Positions 32,400 to 42,639 of a stretch of DNA of 64,000 bases are shown in pieces. The first letter of the stretch is position 1, and each line of letters opens with the position of its first letter. Source of the stretch: Acidobacteriota bacterium (GTDB lineage: Bacteria > Acidobacteriota > Thermoanaerobaculia > Multivoradales > JAHEKO01). The DNA is taken from positions 7,392 to 71,391 of the forward strand of contig JAOTWP010000004.1 in the NCBI GenBank assembly GCA_029862975.1. Direction: 5' to 3'. A program made the translations under genes and the position numbers. The notes under the pieces were generated by a model. The model worked only from the letters and a program-made list of their open reading frames with translations, ran no database searches and had not been told where the DNA came from.

Positions 32400-33494
32400 C
32401 TAGCAGGCCGCGGGACTCTCCACAAAGGCGGCGAGCGCGTCGGCGACCTCGCTGCGGGGGAGCCGCGCGGCCTCCCAGGCGCCGACCCCCGTGGGCAGCA
32501 CCCAGACCGGACCGTCGTGGCGGGCCTTCTTGTCGCGCTCGATGCAGCGCAGCAGGGGCGCGACCGCGCAAGCCGGCAGGGGTGGCGGATCGAGCCGCGC
32601 GAGCAGCCCGCCCAGGCGGCGCTCGAAGCCGGCCTCGAGCCCCCGGCGGCGGGCCAGCGCAGTGGCGAACGCCATGCCGTAGGCGACGGCCTCGCCGTGC
32701 AGGAGAGCGCCGGGCGGGAGGCTCGCCTCGAGCGCGTGGCCCAGGGTGTGGCCGAAGTTGAGGACCCGGCGCTCTCCGTGCTCCTCGGGATCGCGCTCGA
32801 CGACGCCGATCTTGGCGCGCTGCGCCGCCGCCACGAGCCCCACCCGGTCGGCGCCCGCCGCGAGCAGGCCGTCGAGGGAGCGCTCGAGCTCGGCAAACAG
32901 CCGCGGGTCGAGCAGCGCCGCCGCCTTGACGACCTCGACCAGACCCGCCTTGAGCTGCCGCGGCGGCAGGGTCTCGAGCACGGCCGTCGCCGCCACCACG
33001 TGCCGCGGATGGTGGAAGACGCCGACGGCGTTCTTGGCGCCCGGCAGGCTGATCGCCGCTTTGCCGCCGACGGCCGCGTCGACCTGGGCCAGGAGGGTCG
33101 TCGGAACGTGGGCGAGAGGAACGCCGCGCATGTAGGTCCCGGCGACGAAGCCGCCCACGTCCCCAACCGCGCCGCCGCCGAAGGTGACGACCCGGCTGTC
33201 GCGCTTGCCGCCGCCGGCGAGGATCCGCTGCCACAGTCCGGCCGCCACCTCGGGGGTCTTCGCGGCCTCGCCATCCGGCACCGCGAGCACCTCGAAGCTG
33301 CTCGCGACCTCGGCCACGGCGTCGAGGCAGGCCCGGCCGTGCAGCTCCCAGATCGGGGCCGAGGTCACCACGAAGACGGCGCGGCCGGCCGCCCAGCCGG
33401 CGAGCGCCGCGCCCGCGAGCTCGCGCCCCCGCCCCACCGCCAGCTCGGTGACGCCTGTCGCGTGACGCAGCTCGAGGCGCTCGGCTTCGGGCAT
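32400..33494 (-). CDS. aroB: 3-dehydroquinate synthase
   Basis: 364 aa. GGGAVGDVGGF, LAQVDAAVGGK and NFGHTLGHALE motifs. Confidence 0.9.
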   Translation of the reverse strand: MPEAERLELRHATGVTELAVGRGRELAGAALAGWAAGRAVFVVTSAPIWELHGRACLDAVAEVASSFEVLAVPDGEAAKTPEVAAGLWQRILAGGGKRDSRVVTFGGGAVGDVGGFVAGTYMRGVPLAHVPTTLLAQVDAAVGGKAAISLPGAKNAVGVFHHPRHVVAATAVLETLPPRQLKAGLVEVVKAAALLDPRLFAELERSLDGLLAAGADRVGLVAAAQRAKIGVVERDPEEHGERRVLNFGHTLGHALEASLPPGALLHGEAVAYGMAFATALARRRGLEAGFERRLGGLLARLDPPPLPACAVAPLLRCIERDKKARHDGPVWVLPTGVGAWEAARLPRSEVADALAAFVESPAAC

Positions 33495-33507
33495 CCCGCG
33501 GGCCGCC

Positions 33508-35268
33508 TCAGTCGTCGGCCGCCGTCGTCGCGAGCCCCAGCTCGTCGAGCTGCGCGCCCTCGACGCCCGACGGCGCGCCGGTCATGAGATCGGCGGCCGA
33601 GGTCGTCTTCGGGAAGGCGATCACGTCGCGCAGCGAATCGGCTCCGGCCAGGAGCATGACGATGCGATCGAGGCCGAGGGCGATGCCGCCGTGCGGCGGG
33701 GCGCCGAACTCGAGCGCCTCGAGCAGGAAGCCGAAGCGCTCCTGCGCCTCGGCGGCCGAGATCCCGAGCAGCGCGAAGCACCGCTGCTGCATCTCGCGGT
33801 CGTGGATACGGATGGAGCCGCCGCCGAGCTCGTAGCCGTTGAGGACGACGTCGTAGCCGCGCGAGCGCACGGTGGCGGGGTCGCTGTCGAGCCGCGAGAC
33901 GTCGTCGGGGTGCGGCGCGGTAAAGGGGTGGTTCACGGCCTGGAAGCGCTGCTCCCGCTCGTCCCATTCGACCAGCGGGAAATCCGTGATCCAGCAGAAC
34001 GCCCAGGCGTCGTCCGGAATCCGCTCGTAGCGGGCCGCGGCGGCGAGCCGCAGCGCGCCGAGCGCCGCCGACGTCGTCGTCTCCGGACCGGCGGCGATCA
34101 GCGCCAGGTCGCCCTCCTCGAGCCCCAGGGCGGCGACGAGGAACTCGATCTCCGGCGCGGCGAGCACGTCCTTGACCTGGAAGACGCTCTCGCCGTCACG
34201 GCGGCGCAGGGTCAGCGCGCCCGCGGCGCCGTGCCGGCGGGCCAGCTCGACCCAGGCGTCCACCTCCTTGCGGCTGGCCCCGGCCGCGCCCGGAACCCGC
34301 AGGCCGCGGACGACGCCGCCCTCGGCCAGGGCGCTCGCGAAGGCCCGGAAGCCGCTCGCCGCCAGCCCGCCGCCCAGGTCCGCGATCGCCATGCCGAAGC
34401 GCAGATCGGGCTTGTCGGTGCCGTAGCGCGCCCGCGCCGCGGCGTGGGTCAGCCGGGGGAAAGGCCGCTCCACGGTGATGCCGCGGCGCTCGAAGAGCCG
34501 CACGAAGAGACCCTCGATCAGCGCGAACACGTCCTCCTCGGTCGGGAACGACATCTCGACGTCGACCTGGGTGAACTCCGGCTGGCGGTCGGCCCGCAGG
34601 TCCTCGTCGCGGAAGCAGCGGGCGATCTGGACGTAGCGCTCGAGGCCGGCGACCATGCAGATCTGCTTGAAGATCTGCGGCGACTGGGGAAGCGCGTAGA
34701 AGGAGCCCTTGTGGACGCGGCTCGGGACCAGATAGTCGCGAGCTCCTTCCGGGGTCGAGCGGGTGAGGATCGGGGTCTCGACGTGGAGGAAGCCCTGCTG
34801 GTGGAAGTACTCGAGGACGTCGAAGGTGACCTCGTGGCGCAGGACGAGATTGCGCTGGAGCTCGGGGCGGCGCAGATCGAGATAGCGGTAGCGCAGCCGC
34901 GTCTCTTCCGTCGCGTCGACCTCGCCCTCGACGTTGAACGGCAGCGGGGCCGACGGCGACAGGACGCGCCCCGCCGCCGCGACCACCTCGATCTCCCCGG
35001 TCGCCACCTTCGGGTTGACGGCCTCCGGCGCCCGCGCCGCGACCGCCCCCTCGATCTCGACGACCCATTCGTTGCGGGCCGGCGCCAGGTTGGACGCCGC
35101 CTCGGGGGCGTCCGCCGGGCGCACCACGACCTGGACGACGCCGCTGCGGTCGCGAAGGTCGAGGAAGATGACCCCGCCGTGGTCGCGGCGCCGGTGGACC
35201 CAGCCCTGCAGCTTGACCTGCCGCCCCACGTCTTCGACGCCGAGCGTGCCCGCTCCCGAACGCTTCAT
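33508..35268 (-). CDS. aspS: aspartate--tRNA ligase
   Basis: ATG at 35268. GWVHRRRDHGGVIFLDLRD, FYALPQSPQ, QIARCFRDEDLRADRQPEFTQ and GGGSIRIH motifs. Confidence 0.9.
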   Translation of the reverse strand: MKRSGAGTLGVEDVGRQVKLQGWVHRRRDHGGVIFLDLRDRSGVVQVVVRPADAPEAASNLAPARNEWVVEIEGAVAARAPEAVNPKVATGEIEVVAAAGRVLSPSAPLPFNVEGEVDATEETRLRYRYLDLRRPELQRNLVLRHEVTFDVLEYFHQQGFLHVETPILTRSTPEGARDYLVPSRVHKGSFYALPQSPQIFKQICMVAGLERYVQIARCFRDEDLRADRQPEFTQVDVEMSFPTEEDVFALIEGLFVRLFERRGITVERPFPRLTHAAARARYGTDKPDLRFGMAIADLGGGLAASGFRAFASALAEGGVVRGLRVPGAAGASRKEVDAWVELARRHGAAGALTLRRRDGESVFQVKDVLAAPEIEFLVAALGLEEGDLALIAAGPETTTSAALGALRLAAAARYERIPDDAWAFCWITDFPLVEWDEREQRFQAVNHPFTAPHPDDVSRLDSDPATVRSRGYDVVLNGYELGGGSIRIHDREMQQRCFALLGISAAEAQERFGFLLEALEFGAPPHGGIALGLDRIVMLLAGADSLRDVIAFPKTTSAADLMTGAPSGVEGAQLDELGLATTAADD

Positions 35269-35397
35269 GCCGTCACCCCGATCCTCCCCCGATTCTCGCC
35301 ACGCCGCTTCTCGCCACCCCGGCGGCCCGGATCGCGCGCTCCGGCGGCAGAAGACTGCGGGCTCCCTCGACGCTGCGCACGCGGCCGGACATCGGGG

Positions 35398-35403
35398 GAT
35401 AAT
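35398..35403 (+). promoter_or_regulatory. candidate -10 element (GATAAT) for the GT2-thioesterase operon
   Basis: gggGATAATAcc is the only AT-rich patch in the aspS/GT2 divergent gap, ~60 nt upstream of ATG 35464. The -35 match (TGCGCA) is poor. Confidence 0.25.
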
Positions 35404-35463
35404 ACCCGCTCGCCTGGTGGATGGCGACGCCGCGACGCAGCCGCGAAACCACCGAGACGGCCC

Positions 35464-36162
35464 ATGGCACCCACGATCGACGTCGTCATCCCGGCCTTCG
35501 ACGAAGAGGCTTCCCTGCCGCTCGTGCTGGCCGACGTCCCGCGCCCGCCCGTCCGGCGGGTCGTCGTGTGCGACAACCGGTCGCGGGACGGGACGGCGCG
35601 CGCGGCGCGCGAGGGGGGCGCCGAGGTCGTCGTGGAGGAGCGGCCCGGATACGGCAGCGCCTGCCTGCGGGCCCTGGCCCACCTGCGGGCGACCGGGCCG
35701 CCGGACGTCGTCGTCTTCCTCGACGCGGACCACTCGGACCACCCGGAGGAGCTGCCGTCGCTCGTCGAGCCGCTCGCCGCCGGCGCCGCCGACCTCGTCA
35801 TCGGCTCGCGCACCCTCGGCCGCCGGGAGCCGGGCGCCCTGCTGCCGCAGGCCCGCGCCGGCAACCTGGTGGCCTGCCTGCTGATCCGGCTGCTGTACGG
35901 CCACGCCTACACCGATCTCGGCCCCTTCCGGGCCATCCGCTGGCCGGCCCTCGAGAGCCTCGAGATGGCCGACCCCGATTTCGGGTGGACGGCGGAGATG
36001 CAGGTCAAGGCGCTGCGTCGCGGTCTGCGCGTCGTCGAGCGTCCGGTCTCCTACCGGCGCCGGGTCGGCGTCTCGAAGATCACGGGAACCCTCTCCGGAA
36101 CCGTCATGGCCGGCTACAAGATCCTGTGGACGGTGCTGCGCTACAGTTGGCCGCGCTCATGA
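35464..36162 (+). CDS. glycosyltransferase family 2
   Basis: ATG at 35464. IDVVIPAFDEEASLP and VVFLDADHSD (DxD) motifs. Confidence 0.8.
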   Translation: MAPTIDVVIPAFDEEASLPLVLADVPRPPVRRVVVCDNRSRDGTARAAREGGAEVVVEERPGYGSACLRALAHLRATGPPDVVVFLDADHSDHPEELPSLVEPLAAGAADLVIGSRTLGRREPGALLPQARAGNLVACLLIRLLYGHAYTDLGPFRAIRWPALESLEMADPDFGWTAEMQVKALRRGLRVVERPVSYRRRVGVSKITGTLSGTVMAGYKILWTVLRYSWPRS

Positions 36163-36590
36163 GCGCGCCCGCGACCTGCACCGTCGACATCGAGGTCCGC
36201 TACGTCGAGACCGACCAGATGGGCGTGGTCCACCACGCCAACTACATTCCCTGGTTCGAGATCGCCCGCACCCGCCTCTGCGGGGACACCGGCTGGCGGT
36301 ACGCGGAGATCGAAGAGCTCGGCTACCTGCTGATGGTCACCGCCGTCCAGGTGAAGTACCGCCAAGGAGCGCGCTACGGCGACACGCTGCAGGTCACGGC
36401 CCGCGTCGACGACGTGTGGAGTCGCGGCGTCAGCTACACCTACGAAGTGCGGCGCGAGGGCACGCTGCTGACGACGGGCAGGAGCGAGCACGTGTGGATC
36501 GACCGCGAGACCCGCAAGCCCACCCGCCTCCCCCCGGAGCTCGAGTCGGCGATGGAACGGCTCGCCGGAGCGGACGAGCCGCAGACGTAG
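36159..36590 (+). CDS. acyl-CoA thioesterase, 4HBT/YbgC family
   Basis: ATG at 36159 overlaps the GT2 stop (ATGA). IEVRYVETDQMGVVHHANYIPWFE hot-dog motif. Confidence 0.8.
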   Translation: MSAPATCTVDIEVRYVETDQMGVVHHANYIPWFEIARTRLCGDTGWRYAEIEELGYLLMVTAVQVKYRQGARYGDTLQVTARVDDVWSRGVSYTYEVRREGTLLTTGRSEHVWIDRETRKPTRLPPELESAMERLAGADEPQT

Positions 36591-36684
36591 AGCACGGGCG
36601 GCGCCGCGCGCGGTAGCGGCCGGCTCCGGCGCGGCAGGCCTCCTGTAGACTGCCGCTCGCCGCCCTGGTGACCGGGTCGACGCC

Positions 36685-37515
<831 letters not shown>

Positions 37516-37534
37516 GCTCCCGGAGCCGCCGCCG

Positions 37535-38737
37535 GTGTTCACCGACTTCTTCTACTTCCTGCGGGCCCGCGGCCTGACCGTCAGCCTCACCGAGTGGCTC
37601 ACCCTCGTCGAGGCGCTCGTGCAGGGCCACGCCCGCTCCGATCTCGCCGCGTTCTACTCCCTCGCCCGCAGCCTCCTCGTCAAGCGCGAGGCCGACTTCG
37701 ACCTCTACGACCGGGCCTTCGCCGCGTTCTTCGACGGAGTGGACGAGCACTTCGAGCTCGACGCGGAGCTCCTGGCATGGCTCGCCGACCCGGTGCTGCC
37801 GCCCCCGTCCGCGGCCGACCTCGACGGACTCGCGGCCCCGGATCTCGAGGAGCTGCGGCGGCTCTTCGAGGAGCGGCTGCGCGAGCAGAAAGAGCGCCAC
37901 GACGGCGGCGAGAAGTGGATCGGCACGGGCGGCGCCTCGCCCTTCGGGCGCGGCGGGGCCCACCCGGCCGGGGTGCGCGTCGGCGGGGCCGGCGGCGGCC
38001 GCTCCGCGGTGCAGATCGCCGGCGCCCGGCGCTTCCGCAACCTGCGCGCCGACCGCGTGCTCGACACCCGCCAGATCGGCCTCGCGCTGCGCCGCCTGCG
38101 CCGGTTGGAGCGCCGCGGCGCGCCCGAGGTGCTCGATCTCGAGGCCACCATCGACACCGCCGCCCGCAACGCCGGCGAGATCGACCTCGTCTTCGCGCCG
38201 GAGCGGCGCAACCACGTCAAGCTCCTCCTGTTGATCGACGTCGGCGGCTCGATGGACCCCCACGCGCGGCTCTGCGAGCGGCTGTTCAGCGCCGCCGACA
38301 AGGCGCGGCACTTCAAGCGCTTCGAGTACCGCTTCTTCCACAACTGCGTCTACGAACGGCTCTACACCGACATCGCGCAGTGGCGCGGCGCGCCGACCAC
38401 CGAGCTGCTGAGGGAGATCGACTCGACCTGGAGCGCGATCCTCGTCGGCGACGCCTGGATGAGCCCGTACGAGCTCACGAGCCCGGGCGGCGCCATCGAC
38501 TACGCGCACCGCAACGAGGAGAGCGGCCTCGCCTGGCTCTCTCGACTGCGCCAGCGCTGCCCGCAGTCGGTCTGGCTCAACCCCGAGCCGGCGCGCATCT
38601 GGCACGCCACCACGATCGATCTCGTCCGGCGGGTCTTCCCGATGTTCCCGCTCACCCTCGACGGCCTGGGCGAAGCGGTGGACGTGCTGCGCGGCAGCCG
38701 CCCGAACCGGCCGCTGCGCACCGCGTTTCCGGCCTAG
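37535..38737 (+). CDS. VWA domain protein (CoxE-like MoxR partner)
   Basis: GTG start 19 nt after the MoxR stop. N-terminus MFTDFFYFLRARGLTVSLTEWLTL, and a VWA MIDAS-type LLLLIDVGGSM. Confidence 0.8.
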   Translation: MFTDFFYFLRARGLTVSLTEWLTLVEALVQGHARSDLAAFYSLARSLLVKREADFDLYDRAFAAFFDGVDEHFELDAELLAWLADPVLPPPSAADLDGLAAPDLEELRRLFEERLREQKERHDGGEKWIGTGGASPFGRGGAHPAGVRVGGAGGGRSAVQIAGARRFRNLRADRVLDTRQIGLALRRLRRLERRGAPEVLDLEATIDTAARNAGEIDLVFAPERRNHVKLLLLIDVGGSMDPHARLCERLFSAADKARHFKRFEYRFFHNCVYERLYTDIAQWRGAPTTELLREIDSTWSAILVGDAWMSPYELTSPGGAIDYAHRNEESGLAWLSRLRQRCPQSVWLNPEPARIWHATTIDLVRRVFPMFPLTLDGLGEAVDVLRGSRPNRPLRTAFPA

Positions 38738-39384
38738 CTCCGGGGCCGGCGCCAGCGGCGGCCGAGCCAGAACCCGACCAGGGCCCCCACGAGGAGGGCT
38801 CCGAGGAGGGCTCCGCCGATCCCGAGCGCGGCCGCATCCAGGGCCGCCGTAGCCCGCGCCGTCAGGCCTTGCAGCCAGCCCCCGACGGCCTCGACGCCGG
38901 CGCGGGCCAGGCTCGCCCACCCGACGACGCGCCGCCACACCGGCTCGAAGACCGCCGGCGCCAGCCAGCGCAACAGCAGCAGGTAGAAGCCGGCGACCCA
39001 AGCGGTCTCGGCGACCGCCCGGAACGGGCGCAGCTCATGGCGGCGGCCGACGAGCACAGGCTCGCTCTGTCGCCGCAGGAACCGCTCCACGTACAGCCGG
39101 CTCACCTGCTTGATTCCCGACACCGCGCGGTCGGACCGTTGGTGCGTGAGGGCCGAGTGGACCACCCGCAGCACCGCGCCGAGCACCGCCCGAACCGCCT
39201 GCGGCAGCCAGAGCACGAGCCCCACCACCGCCCACACCGCGTTGGCCAGGGTGACGAGAAAGAGCTCCACCACCCCGGCGCGGCGTCCCCGCGGAGGGCC
39301 GCCGAGGGGTTCAGCGGCCACTGCCGCGTCGATGTCGCCGACCTCTTCCAGGAGGTCGATCGTGTCGTGATCCGAGCCGTCCAC
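38734..39384 (-). CDS. hypothetical membrane protein
   Basis: 216 aa with an acidic N-terminus and several hydrophobic segments (VELFLVTLANAVWAVVGLVLWL, AWVAGFYLLLL, IGGALLGALLVGALVGFWL). Confidence 0.55.
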   Translation of the reverse strand: MDGSDHDTIDLLEEVGDIDAAVAAEPLGGPPRGRRAGVVELFLVTLANAVWAVVGLVLWLPQAVRAVLGAVLRVVHSALTHQRSDRAVSGIKQVSRLYVERFLRRQSEPVLVGRRHELRPFRAVAETAWVAGFYLLLLRWLAPAVFEPVWRRVVGWASLARAGVEAVGGWLQGLTARATAALDAAALGIGGALLGALLVGALVGFWLGRRWRRPRS

Positions 39385-39470
39385 CGTCGGCCGAGCCTAC
39401 GCGGAAGCCCCCCTGCCGTCCATGGACTTCCGCACCCGGCGCGGACTCGACTCCGGTATCCTGCGCCTCG

Positions 39471-40664
39471 ATGAGACGCCTTCGCCTCACGACCGCCGGC
39501 GAGAGCCACGGCCCGGGCCTCCACGCGACGCTCGCCGGGATGCCGGCGGGCCTGCGGGTCGACCGCGCCGAGCTCGACCTCCAGATGCGGCGGCGGATGC
39601 ACGGCTACGGTCGCGGCCACCGGATGCAGATCGAGTCGGACCGCGTGGAGATCCGCGCCGGCGTGCGCGGCGGCGAGACCCTGGGCTCCCCCATCGGCCT
39701 GTGGATCGAGAACCGTGACTATGCCAACTGGCGCGGCGTCATGGGCCCCGAGGCCCTGGACGAGAAGCGCGCCGAGCTGCGCCGGCTGCGCGCGCCGCGC
39801 CCCGGCCACGCCGATCTCGCCGGCGGCCTCAAGTACCTGCGCCGCGACCTGCGCGACGTCCTGGAGCGCGCCTCGGCCCGCGAGACGGCCGCCCGGGTGG
39901 CGGCCGGCGCCTTCGCCCGCATGCTGCTCGCGGCCTTCGGCATCGAGATCGGCAGCGGAGTGCGCTCGCTCGGGCCGGTCGGCGCGGGGGCGCCGCCGCC
40001 GGCCTGGGAGGACCTGACGGGCATGGACGACGCCTCTCCGCTGCGGGCGATCGACCCCGCCCTCGAGCCCGCCATGATCGCCCTCGTCGACGAGGCGATG
40101 AAGTCCGGCGACACGCTGGGGGGGGCGGTCACCGTCGTCGCCCACCACGTGCCGCCGGGCCTCGGCTCGCACACCCACTGGGACGAGAAGCTCGACGGGC
40201 GGCTGGCCCGCGCCGTCATGTCCGTCCCGGCGGTCAAGGCCGTCGAGATCGGCGACGCTCTCGCCGCCAGCGCCGGCTTCGGCAGCGCCGCCCACGATCC
40301 CATCGCGCTCGACCCGAAGGGCGGCTTCTCCCGCCCGAGCAACCACGCCGGCGGCCTCGAGGGCGGCGTCACCAACGGCGAGGACGTCGTCGTGACGGCC
40401 TACAAGAAGCCGATCTCCACCCTGCGGCGCGGCCTGCCCTCCGTCGACCTCGACACCCTCGAGCCCCGCGAATCGCAGTACGAGCGCAGCGACGTCACCG
40501 CGCTGCCCGCCGCCGGGGTGATCGCCGAGGCGATGGTCGCCCTGGTGCTCGCCGACGCCCTGCTCGAGAAGCTCGGCGGCGACTCGATGACCGAGCTCCA
40601 GGCTCACTGGACCGCCACCCGCGCCCTGCAGGCCGAATGGCCCGGCGGGCGGGATTCCGGTTAG
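39471..40664 (+). CDS. aroC: chorismate synthase
   Basis: RLTTAGESHGPGL, RPGHADLAG and ERASARETAARVAAG motifs. Confidence 0.9.
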   Translation: MRRLRLTTAGESHGPGLHATLAGMPAGLRVDRAELDLQMRRRMHGYGRGHRMQIESDRVEIRAGVRGGETLGSPIGLWIENRDYANWRGVMGPEALDEKRAELRRLRAPRPGHADLAGGLKYLRRDLRDVLERASARETAARVAAGAFARMLLAAFGIEIGSGVRSLGPVGAGAPPPAWEDLTGMDDASPLRAIDPALEPAMIALVDEAMKSGDTLGGAVTVVAHHVPPGLGSHTHWDEKLDGRLARAVMSVPAVKAVEIGDALAASAGFGSAAHDPIALDPKGGFSRPSNHAGGLEGGVTNGEDVVVTAYKKPISTLRRGLPSVDLDTLEPRESQYERSDVTALPAAGVIAEAMVALVLADALLEKLGGDSMTELQAHWTATRALQAEWPGGRDSG

Positions 40665-40737
40665 GGCTGCGGGGGCTCGACCTGCCGGCTGGCGCCTCCG
40701 CCGCTCCGGCGGACGCTCTCATCCTTGCGATTTGCCG

Positions 40738-41208
40738 CTACGGCGCCGCCGGTGGCGGCGCGAGTGCATCCGCCGGCGCGGGCTCGACGGCCGGGTGGAC
40801 CCAGTCGAGGCGGCCGGCCAGAGCTCGGACGAGACGTCGATCGGCCGTCCAGAACTCTGCGCCGAGGTGGTCGGCCAGGGCCAGATAGTGGGCGTCGTAG
40901 GCGGCCGGTAAAGAGAAGCGGCGGCTGAAGCGGATCGCCTCCTGGTGGAGCTCCGCCGGGTCGAGGAGCTCGAGCGGCAGAGCGCAAGCCAGGCGCAGGA
41001 ACCGGTCCGCCGAGGATGCCTGCAGGAGCGACTGCCGCTCGTATCGATAGATGGCGTTGGTCACCTCGAACAGGAGGAGCGTCGGCGCCGCGATCCGCAG
41101 CCGCCGTCGCTGCCACTCCCGCCACAGGGCGCGCAGCCGGTCGCGGCGGGGATGGGCGACCAGCCCGACGACCAGGGAAGCGTCAACGCAGACCGCCGAG
41201 GTCGGCAT
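40738..41208 (-). CDS. vapC: PIN-domain toxin VapC
   Basis: 156 aa. VCVDASLVV N-terminus (first acidic PIN residue) and AAYDAHYLALA, typical of PIN. Overlaps the upstream antitoxin gene. Confidence 0.75.
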   Translation of the reverse strand: MPTSAVCVDASLVVGLVAHPRRDRLRALWREWQRRRLRIAAPTLLLFEVTNAIYRYERQSLLQASSADRFLRLACALPLELLDPAELHQEAIRFSRRFSLPAAYDAHYLALADHLGAEFWTADRRLVRALAGRLDWVHPAVEPAPADALAPPPAAP

Positions 41209-41488
41209 CTCGATCCTCGCGCATCGCGCGGATCACCTCGTCGGCCGGCGGCAGGGTGCGGCCCTCGAGGTCGCGATCGATCTCCGCGATGGTCTCGTCG
41301 AGCAGCGCCTCCCAGCTCCCGCCACTCTCCTCGAGCCGCCGCAGCCGTCGATACTCGGCGAGCGGCATGACCACCGCCTGCGGCTTGCCGTTGCGCTCCA
41401 CGAAGACCGTCTCGCCGCGGTCGGCGACGTCACGAAGCAACTCGCCGAAGCGGACCCGAGCGGAGGTGGCGGTGAGCGTCCTGGGCAT
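41183..41488 (-). CDS. vapB: Phd/YefM-type antitoxin
   Basis: MPRTLTATSARVRFGELLRDVADRGETVFVERNGKPQAVVMPLAEY. Start chosen at ATG 41488 because the track ATG 41521 lies inside the operator palindrome. Confidence 0.75.
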   Translation of the reverse strand: MPRTLTATSARVRFGELLRDVADRGETVFVERNGKPQAVVMPLAEYRRLRRLEESGGSWEALLDETIAEIDRDLEGRTLPPADEVIRAMREDRDADLGGLR

Positions 41489-41507
41489 CGAAAGACCCTC
41501 GCAAAAC

Positions 41508-41562
41508 GATTGATGGATCAATCACTCGATTTCACGATACGAGGAGCACCCAGGCTTGTCAA
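41508..41562 (-). promoter_or_regulatory. sigma70-type promoter plus palindromic operator of vapBC
   Basis: Minus strand: TTGACA (41562-41557), 17-nt spacer, TATCGT (41539-41534), then GATTGAT-cc-ATCAATC perfect inverted repeat (41523-41508). Confidence 0.65.
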
Positions 41563-41642
41563 GCCGGGACTCGACCCGCTGCCCGGTCGAACGAGAGTGC
41601 CTGGCGATTCGTGCCGCCGTCGCCGGGCGGGAAGCTCGCCTG

Positions 41643-42524
41643 CTAGAAGAACACCAGCGCCACGCCCAGGCTCATCAGCACGACGGCGACGATCTGGGCG
41701 GGGCGGATCGTCTCGCCGAAGAGCCAGCGGCCGAAGACCAGCGCCAGGGCGGAGTTGACGGCCCGGCGGATGGTCTCGACGACGCCGACCCAGGCGAGGC
41801 CGTAGGCCTTGAGCAGGAGCACGAGGGCGGCGAAGCCGACGACGGCCGAGGCCGCGACCGTGCCGCCGACGAAATGCCGGGGCCGCAGCGTCCCGGCTTC
41901 GCCGCGGACCAGGAGCCAGGCCAGCGCGCCGAGGCCGACGCCGGCGTTGAGCAGCGTGCCGTGGGTGTAGACGCCGGACGCGCCGACGGCGAGCTTGTCG
42001 AAGGCCGGCGTCACCGACCAGCACAGGGCCACGAGGATCATCAGCAGGCTGCCCTTCTCGCGCACCAGCGAGCGCCAGACCCCGGCCGGCGTCGCGCCCT
42101 CGCCGGGGTCGAAGTTGAGGGCGAAGGCGCCGACGACGGCGATGACGATGCCGGCCATCTGCACGGCGGACGGCAGCTCGCCGAGCAGCTGGATCGACAG
42201 CAGGGTGGCGAACACCGGGGTCAGCGACAGGAGCGGCACGGTGACCCCCAGCGAGGCGATCTCGAGGGCGCGCAGGAAGGCCACGTTGGCGACGATGTTG
42301 AGCGCGATGGACGCCAGGCCCGGCGCCCAGTAGCCGGGACCGATCGCGAAGCCCTCGCCGCCGGCGACCATGGCGACGAACAGCGGTACCTGGGCGAGCG
42401 CCAGCCACACGAGGAGCGCCGCCGGGGGCATCGACAGGGTCAGCCGCTTGCGCAGCAGGTCGAAGGTGGCGTAGAGGGCGCCGACGGACGCCGCCATCAG
42501 CATCGGGAGCAGGGATAGGTCCAT
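41643..42524 (-). CDS. EamA/DMT family transporter
   Basis: ATG at 42524. About 10 hydrophobic segments in a two-fold EamA-like organisation. Confidence 0.75.
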   Translation of the reverse strand: MDLSLLPMLMAASVGALYATFDLLRKRLTLSMPPAALLVWLALAQVPLFVAMVAGGEGFAIGPGYWAPGLASIALNIVANVAFLRALEIASLGVTVPLLSLTPVFATLLSIQLLGELPSAVQMAGIVIAVVGAFALNFDPGEGATPAGVWRSLVREKGSLLMILVALCWSVTPAFDKLAVGASGVYTHGTLLNAGVGLGALAWLLVRGEAGTLRPRHFVGGTVAASAVVGFAALVLLLKAYGLAWVGVVETIRRAVNSALALVFGRWLFGETIRPAQIVAVVLMSLGVALVFF

Positions 42525-42639
42525 GGGCGGCGATTGTAAGGGGAAACCGGAATCCCCCCAACTACCGACGAATGCTAGACTTTCCGCCCCCGCCCGGGAT
42601 GCCGCCCGGCGCCGGCGGCGGGCGTCCGGAAGACCGAGA

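Noticed and set aside
33508-35904. N-terminal extensions of track ORFs. Examples: aspS 798 aa, lpxD 521 aa, fabZ 187 aa, pcm 393 aa, ltaE 592 aa, hemW 666 aa, HD-GYP 891 aa, smc 1308 aa, gspE 626 aa.
   Set aside because: The extensions are low-complexity and overlap the preceding gene. Internal ATG/GTG/TTG codons that overlap or abut the upstream stop reproduce canonical family N-termini.
41489-41521. Longer antitoxin starting at the track ATG 41521 (MIHQSFCEGLS...).
   Set aside because: That ATG lies inside the operator palindrome, immediately after the predicted transcription start, and has no RBS. ATG 41488 gives a canonical Phd/YefM N-terminus.
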